A stretch of 64,000 bases of DNA from a virus: positions 32,001 through 96,000 of the IMG/VR virus record IMGVR_UViG_3300021425_003021; one strand, 5' to 3'. A program made the position numbers and the translations under genes. Shown in pieces: positions 59,243 to 64,000 of the stretch; position 1 is the stretch's first letter, and every line of letters starts with the position of its first letter. A model generated the notes under the pieces. That model was not told the origin of the DNA. It was given only the letters and a program-made list of their open reading frames with translations, and ran no database searches.

Positions 59243-59993
59243 TGTACACTCCTGCAAGACATATTCTTGCTGTTTCTCCATCACGCATAAATTTTGCGTA
59301 TTCTTTGTCTTTAGTTGTAGCAAGCCAAACACTGTCACTTGGCACAAAGTTCAATTGCTCACAAAATGTTTTTTGTTTATTATATAACTTATTATGAACA
59401 TAGTCAATATCAAAATTACTTATTACAGTTTCTGCTATGTTATGTGCATAGTAGTTATAATATTTTGCACTATGCGTTAATGATTCTAAACGTTCGTCTG
59501 GAGATTTTGTAAATATCCAACCTGTGCGGACATTGCGTAAACCGAACGCTTTTGACAAACTAAAGAAAGCATACTCAACATTACCAAAATTGTGTATATA
59601 TTGTATCTTAGTGCTTCCAACATATGCTAAATCTAGTGCCACAGGATCTAAAATTGGCAATTCTCTAAAATTTCCGTTAATTGCACTAGGGATGCTCACA
59701 TATACTATCTTGCCACATCGATCGGTTGGTTTAATCCACTGATAATCACCTACATCCATATAGACGCTTCTATACTCATTGTTGTACCACCAGTTTAAAC
59801 CCTCTGTACATCCATTCATAGGATATACATTATATCCTTCTAAATTAATAATAGGACGTAGCCATTTAATTATATCTGTTTTGTAAGGGGTAATACTGTG
59901 CAAATCTAGATCAACTGAACGCACAACTTTTTCTACTTCTGGTAGTACTGGAGTTCTAATTGCTAAACTTTGTTTAAGTAAAAAATCTTTCAA
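59229..59993 (-). CDS. PLP-dependent aminotransferase-like enzyme, compact
   Basis: NG.TE, PS.I.G, LDLAY, FSLSKAFG...RTG. Confidence 0.75.
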   Translation of the reverse strand: MKDFLLKQSLAIRTPVLPEVEKVVRSVDLDLHSITPYKTDIIKWLRPIINLEGYNVYPMNGCTEGLNWWYNNEYRSVYMDVGDYQWIKPTDRCGKIVYVSIPSAINGNFRELPILDPVALDLAYVGSTKIQYIHNFGNVEYAFFSLSKAFGLRNVRTGWIFTKSPDERLESLTHSAKYYNYYAHNIAETVISNFDIDYVHNKLYNKQKTFCEQLNFVPSDSVWLATTKDKEYAKFMRDGETARICLAGVYNEET

Positions 59994-60591
59994 TAACTAC
60001 TCCTGCTATATCATACTTGTGTAATTTATATGATTGTGGTTGTTGATGATGCTTTAAGTGCCATCCTTCTCCTGGTGCAATTAAATTTAACAACGGAACA
60101 TTTTGTGGTTCGCCGTCTTTGTGTGCAAAATAATTTAACATTCCGAAGCCTGTCCAAGACAAAACAAATGGAACAAAAACAATTACAAAAAATAATTTAA
60201 TGTCTATAATAATTGTTACAAGTGCAATCAATAGATGTAGATACTTGCCATTTTTATGGAACCATACTATTCTTGGATTTTTTAACAAATTAGAAATATA
60301 CTTGCGAGGTATATAATCCACTGTCCAATTACTCGTTAAAACTTTCCAAGCACCTTGATACTTAGGACTATGAGGATCTAACAAAGTATCTGATTTTGCG
60401 TGATGCATACGGTGAACAGCAGCCCAGGTTAATGCACTACGACCACCGCAGATAAGTCCTAACAATAACATAATTACTTCTACAATACTATTGGTTTTAA
60501 AAGTGTTGTGTGTAAAATATCTATGATAACCAATACTTATGCCTATTAAAGCCGCAAAGAAATACCATAGATATCCGTATATAAAAATCAT
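59974..60591 (-). CDS. Membrane fatty-acid desaturase (delta-9 acyl-CoA/acyl-lipid type)
   Basis: Three His boxes HRYFTH, HRMHH (followed by DPHSP), GEGWHLKHH; hydrophobic segments. Confidence 0.9.
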   Translation of the reverse strand: MIFIYGYLWYFFAALIGISIGYHRYFTHNTFKTNSIVEVIMLLLGLICGGRSALTWAAVHRMHHAKSDTLLDPHSPKYQGAWKVLTSNWTVDYIPRKYISNLLKNPRIVWFHKNGKYLHLLIALVTIIIDIKLFFVIVFVPFVLSWTGFGMLNYFAHKDGEPQNVPLLNLIAPGEGWHLKHHQQPQSYKLHKYDIAGVVIERFFT

Positions 60592-60596
60592 AACAA

Positions 60597-60625
60597 ATTA
60601 TAACACTACTTTAATTATAAGTCAA
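60597..60625 (-). promoter_or_regulatory. Sigma70 promoter TTGACT-17-TATAAT with extended -10, leaderless
   Basis: Minus strand: TTGACT 60625-60620, 17 nt ending TGt, TATAAT 60602-60597, ATG 5 nt later at 60591. Confidence 0.85.
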
Positions 60626-62560
60626 CTATATACCAAAGTTTCCAGATATGTTACTAGTCCAAGGTTTACTATCATCCCAAAGTGGACTGTAGAAATATCT
60701 GTTAGGGCCGCCCCATATACTGTCTTGGTTATCCCAAGTTATATCTGATGAAACAGTTATAGTGCCAACCATGCCTGCGTGATTACTGCATTGATAATAA
60801 TATGTGCCAGGTAAAGTTGGAGTCCATTGTACTCCATTGCCACCGTATGATCCTTGTCCTATTGCAGCTGGAGTTGTAACCTGATTGCCTGTGCCAGTAC
60901 CTGCTGTATCTTTGATGTATAATGGGTGTGATACGTCAGCATTATTAATAATTGACAAAGTGTCACCTACTTTTACAGCTATTGAGTCGTTTGCTCCTGC
61001 TACTGATCCATTTCTGTCATTACCACTTGTAGTCCATTCAGATGTACCATTGTTAATAACGCTAACATTGTATGCTTCTGCTGTAGTAGCATCGTCGTTA
61101 ATCTTTTCGTCTTGGGCGTTTGCTTCCATATATGATTTTACTTGTGCAGGAGTCATTCCTGGATTTGCTTCTAATACACAAGCAATCATACCTGCTATTT
61201 GCGGAGACGCCATACTTGTACCGGATATTTTCATTAATTTATAATTACTGTCTAGTGGAGAATCTGGTCCGCCGTAAGTATTGTATAAAGAACTAGTACC
61301 ATTGTTATCTGTGCTTCCTACACTGATAATTTCTGTACCTGGAGCATATATGTTAACACCTGGTCCTGCACAACTGCTTTCAGCTTTTTGCTCTAAATTA
61401 TTGGTATATGTAAAATCAATATTACCTACCATAAAGGCGTTCTCGCTATAAGGACTACTGCCTCGGAATATATATTCTTGTCCGCTACCAAAATTACAAG
61501 TGTCATTGTAATGGTCACCTGTACTACTATCGATATAATAATAACTATTGCCTGCTGCGATACAAAAAATAATTCCTTCATCTAGGCATTCTTGTAAATC
61601 TGCATCAACGCTTGCCACTCTAACATTTATACGTCTAGATAATCCTAAGACAGGAACCACTCCTACATTTGCCCAAGCATTATTACTACTGCTGCCATAA
61701 TCTGCCCACGTCCAACTGTTTCCTAAAAACACACCACCAACTGGGGTTCCTCTACTACCACTGTAACCCCAACTGGCATTAACAACTGTTGGTCTTTTAA
61801 CACCAGTTTTAGGATCTATTGGTTTGTTACGATGCCATAATTTGATTACATCAAAACAATCATTTATACTTATTCCTGTACCACTATCGCCACTGCCTTC
61901 TAATCCGTTAACCTTTACACTGTAAATTTGTGCATCTCTTGCCCATCCTTGTGTACGGCCTGCAACAGTGCCTGCACAGTGACTGCCATGGCTGTCGTAA
62001 TCTCTATAGTGATTCACGCTCTGTGTTCCTGATAAACCGCTTGCTGCATACCAGTCTATTTGGTTAACTCTGCTTACACCTGCGCTATCTGTAAATTCAG
62101 GATGGTCAACTTGTATACCACTGTCTTGAATTACAACATCAACACCTTTACCTGTAAGTGTGTAATTGAAATCTTTTGTTATTGTAGCTACTCCAGATCC
62201 GTAAGGATCGTTCTTTGAAACTCCTCTAACAAGCCCCCAGTTTAAATCTTCTGATAGTCCACTTGACGTGCTTTTCCTCCAAGCTGAACTTGTTTGAATT
62301 GCATTAAAACCTATTTCAATATCGTCTCTATCCTGTGGTGGAATTTGTACATCATCGACTCTACTGTCATTTCTTAATGCTGTTGCTTCAGCTTCTGTTA
62401 ACGCATAGTGTGTATTTCTTTTTGAACCAGGTCTAGCATTTGCTATATCTACACTTCTACCTGGTATATCGCCTGCACCTGTTGATGCAATCATTTCTGC
62501 ATTAAAAGCATCATAATCAACACCTGCTTTAAGTGTTACAATATACTCTATCTCGCTCAT
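60626..62560 (-). CDS. Subtilisin-like S8 serine peptidase with cupredoxin-like domain
   Basis: Triad IQDSG / HGSHCAGT / SGTSMASP, oxyanion AAGN, I9-like prodomain EYIVTL; late HPL...YYYQCSNHAGM. Confidence 0.9.
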   Translation of the reverse strand: MSEIEYIVTLKAGVDYDAFNAEMIASTGAGDIPGRSVDIANARPGSKRNTHYALTEAEATALRNDSRVDDVQIPPQDRDDIEIGFNAIQTSSAWRKSTSSGLSEDLNWGLVRGVSKNDPYGSGVATITKDFNYTLTGKGVDVVIQDSGIQVDHPEFTDSAGVSRVNQIDWYAASGLSGTQSVNHYRDYDSHGSHCAGTVAGRTQGWARDAQIYSVKVNGLEGSGDSGTGISINDCFDVIKLWHRNKPIDPKTGVKRPTVVNASWGYSGSRGTPVGGVFLGNSWTWADYGSSSNNAWANVGVVPVLGLSRRINVRVASVDADLQECLDEGIIFCIAAGNSYYYIDSSTGDHYNDTCNFGSGQEYIFRGSSPYSENAFMVGNIDFTYTNNLEQKAESSCAGPGVNIYAPGTEIISVGSTDNNGTSSLYNTYGGPDSPLDSNYKLMKISGTSMASPQIAGMIACVLEANPGMTPAQVKSYMEANAQDEKINDDATTAEAYNVSVINNGTSEWTTSGNDRNGSVAGANDSIAVKVGDTLSIINNADVSHPLYIKDTAGTGTGNQVTTPAAIGQGSYGGNGVQWTPTLPGTYYYQCSNHAGMVGTITVSSDITWDNQDSIWGGPNRYFYSPLWDDSKPWTSNISGNFGI

Positions 62561-62569
62561 GGAGTCTCC

Positions 62570-64000
62570 TTAGTGTAAGTCTACCCAAGCACCGTTAGCA
62601 TATCCTTGGAATTTGTTTGTCGTTGTGTTATAAATCATGTCACCGTTTTGTGATGCAAGTAGATCACGTTCTGTAGTTGTAAATGATGCAAATCTCACTG
62701 GTGATTGTGTTATTACAACTGCATTACCTGCAGTAAGATTCAAATTACTTGCAGCAGTAATTTCAGGAGTACCTGTGCTTGTACTTTCAAAACTGTCCGC
62801 AACAACCTTATTTGTAACATACAAATTGTTTTCTACTGTAGCATCGCTTTGTAAAGTTACCGCAGGAGTTATTGTGATACCACTACTATCGCTTGTGTCT
62901 ATAATTGAACCTGAATATGTAATATTACCCAAGTCTGCAGGTTGAACTGCACTATCTGCTAAAGCACCTTGAGCACTAGTAGCTGCATCAGTAATTCCAT
63001 AACCTGCTAAAGTTGTTGGGGTACCTGCTAACACACTCCATTGTATACTGCCGTCTGTACCGTCAATAATTACTGTGCTATCGTCTGCATAAACACTACC
63101 TTTTAGATCACCTGTTACATTACCTACAAATGTATCACCTGGCTGTACAGCAGTATCTGCTAAAGCACCTTGAGCACTAGTAGCTGCATCAGTAATTCCA
63201 TAACCTGCTAGTGTAGTAGGTTTACTTGTAAGTGCAGCAAATGTACCATCAAAGTCTGCAACAATTGTAATGTCGCCTTCAGCATTTGAGCTGGTGCTAA
63301 TACCTGTTCCGCCTAAAATTAGGAAACTTTCTCCGCTGTTTATAAGTCTAACAGCACTATCATCTGCACCGACACCAATATTTCCAATGCCACCGCTGCC
63401 ACCTGATCCTGCAACATCTACATCGTTTACCCATTCGCTACCGTTGTATTTTAATACCTGACCTGCTTGTGGATTAGTTGTGATTACGTTGCCTAAATCG
63501 GTAATATCGTTAGGAGCAAGATTTAGTTTACCTGCAACTCCGTCAACTAGTATTGTAGAATCGTCTGCTGCAAATGTACCTTTAAATGCAGTAGCCTGTA
63601 CTTCTCCAGCAAATAGCCCGTCGCCTTTTACATCCAATGTTGCTGCTGGGGTGTATGTACCAATACCAAAACGTCCAGTGTTGGTGTGAACTAGATATTC
63701 TGCCTCTATATCAAACTGGCCGTTTGTGCTTGTACAAATTAAAGTTTTGTCGGTACCAAATGCAAGACTATTATGATAGTATTCTCCATTTATGTCATCA
63801 CGTCCGCCAAAAATAGCCGATTCGTAATATGTAGAGCTAATATCAGTTGTTGCTGTTTTTTCTAAAAACAATTTGGAAACATCGTTATTTCCTTTGATTT
63901 TCATACTGAATACACTATTAGGATTTGTACTTTTTATGTCAAAGCTTTCTGCCACACTGAATACTGTATTAGTTGAATTAGTAATATTTCCAACATTATC
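62570..64000 (-). CDS. Tail fibre-like virion protein (5'-truncated by window)
   Basis: Frame is open to base 64000; PTTLAGYGITDA repeats, GQVLKYNGSEWVN, ADDST motifs, C-terminal GDMIYNTTTNKFQGY. Confidence 0.75.
   Translation of the reverse strand, partial: DNVGNITNSTNTVFSVAESFDIKSTNPNSVFSMKIKGNNDVSKLFLEKTATTDISSTYYESAIFGGRDDINGEYYHNSLAFGTDKTLICTSTNGQFDIEAEYLVHTNTGRFGIGTYTPAATLDVKGDGLFAGEVQATAFKGTFAADDSTILVDGVAGKLNLAPNDITDLGNVITTNPQAGQVLKYNGSEWVNDVDVAGSGGSGGIGNIGVGADDSAVRLINSGESFLILGGTGISTSSNAEGDITIVADFDGTFAALTSKPTTLAGYGITDAATSAQGALADTAVQPGDTFVGNVTGDLKGSVYADDSTVIIDGTDGSIQWSVLAGTPTTLAGYGITDAATSAQGALADSAVQPADLGNITYSGSIIDTSDSSGITITPAVTLQSDATVENNLYVTNKVVADSFESTSTGTPEITAASNLNLTAGNAVVITQSPVRFASFTTTERDLLASQNGDMIYNTTTNKFQGYANGAWVDLH
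62953..63210. repeat. 57-bp perfect direct repeat (62953-63009 and 63154-63210)
   Basis: Identical tatctgctaaagcacc...ccataacctgcta; 201-bp period, in frame, encoding LAGYGITDAATSAQGALAD. Confidence 0.9.

Noticed and set aside
18789-60591. Island being bacterial contamination (LPS/capsule locus)
   Set aside because: Same late-type boxes as the structural genes, an embedded fibre-like gene, and no flippase/ABC exporter or polymerase
62561-62569. GGAGTCTCC palindrome over the S8 peptidase SD
   Set aside because: A one-nucleotide loop cannot form a hairpin
420-63689. Numerous 60-175 aa ORFs antisense to or nested within long genes
   Set aside because: Shadow ORFs of the real coding frames; no SD, promoter or motifs
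1-64000. CRISPR arrays, tRNA/rRNA genes, integrase/transposase, introns or inteins
   Set aside because: Almost no intergenic space, and no repeat-spacer arrays or diagnostic motifs seen by eye
1-64000. Stop-codon reassignment, as in some large phages
   Set aside because: Code 11 gives dense full-length genes ending in TAA, TAG and TGA

Overview
AT-rich window that reads as part of a large (probably jumbo, T4-like myovirus-type) bacteriophage genome, using the standard genetic code. 1-18.4 kb is a co-oriented virion/baseplate/tail-fibre module: a >3,300 aa baseplate-wedge-like protein, three paralogous fibre proteins with a shared N-terminal domain, and two paralogous structural proteins. 18.4-60.6 kb is an exceptionally dense island of small-molecule/glycan/protein-modifying enzymes. 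It holds 10 radical SAM proteins in three architectures, 2 QueC-like PP-loop ATPases, about 10 2OG-Fe(II)/AspH-like cupins, 3 mini-SDRs, 2 Cys-rich nitroreductases, 2 PLP enzymes, 4 GT-A-like and 2 GT10-like glycosyltransferase candidates, UDP-glucose dehydrogenase, a nucleotidyltransferase, 3 SGNH-like proteins, 2 GNATs, a sulfotransferase-like protein, a class I methyltransferase, a SET-domain methyltransferase and a fatty-acid desaturase. 60.6-64 kb returns to virion-type genes on the minus strand: a subtilisin with an inserted cupredoxin-like domain and a tail-fibre-like protein. Two promoter classes are visible directly in the DNA: near-perfect sigma70 promoters (three placed to give leaderless mRNAs) and T4-late-like (A/T/C)TAA(A/G)TA boxes (several also leaderless, two flanked by RBS-sequestering inverted repeats). 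Best-supported hypothesis: a phage-encoded pathway for chemically elaborating virion proteins/glycans or the host surface, rather than a canonical DNA-modification locus. All functional calls are motif-based; no database searches were run.
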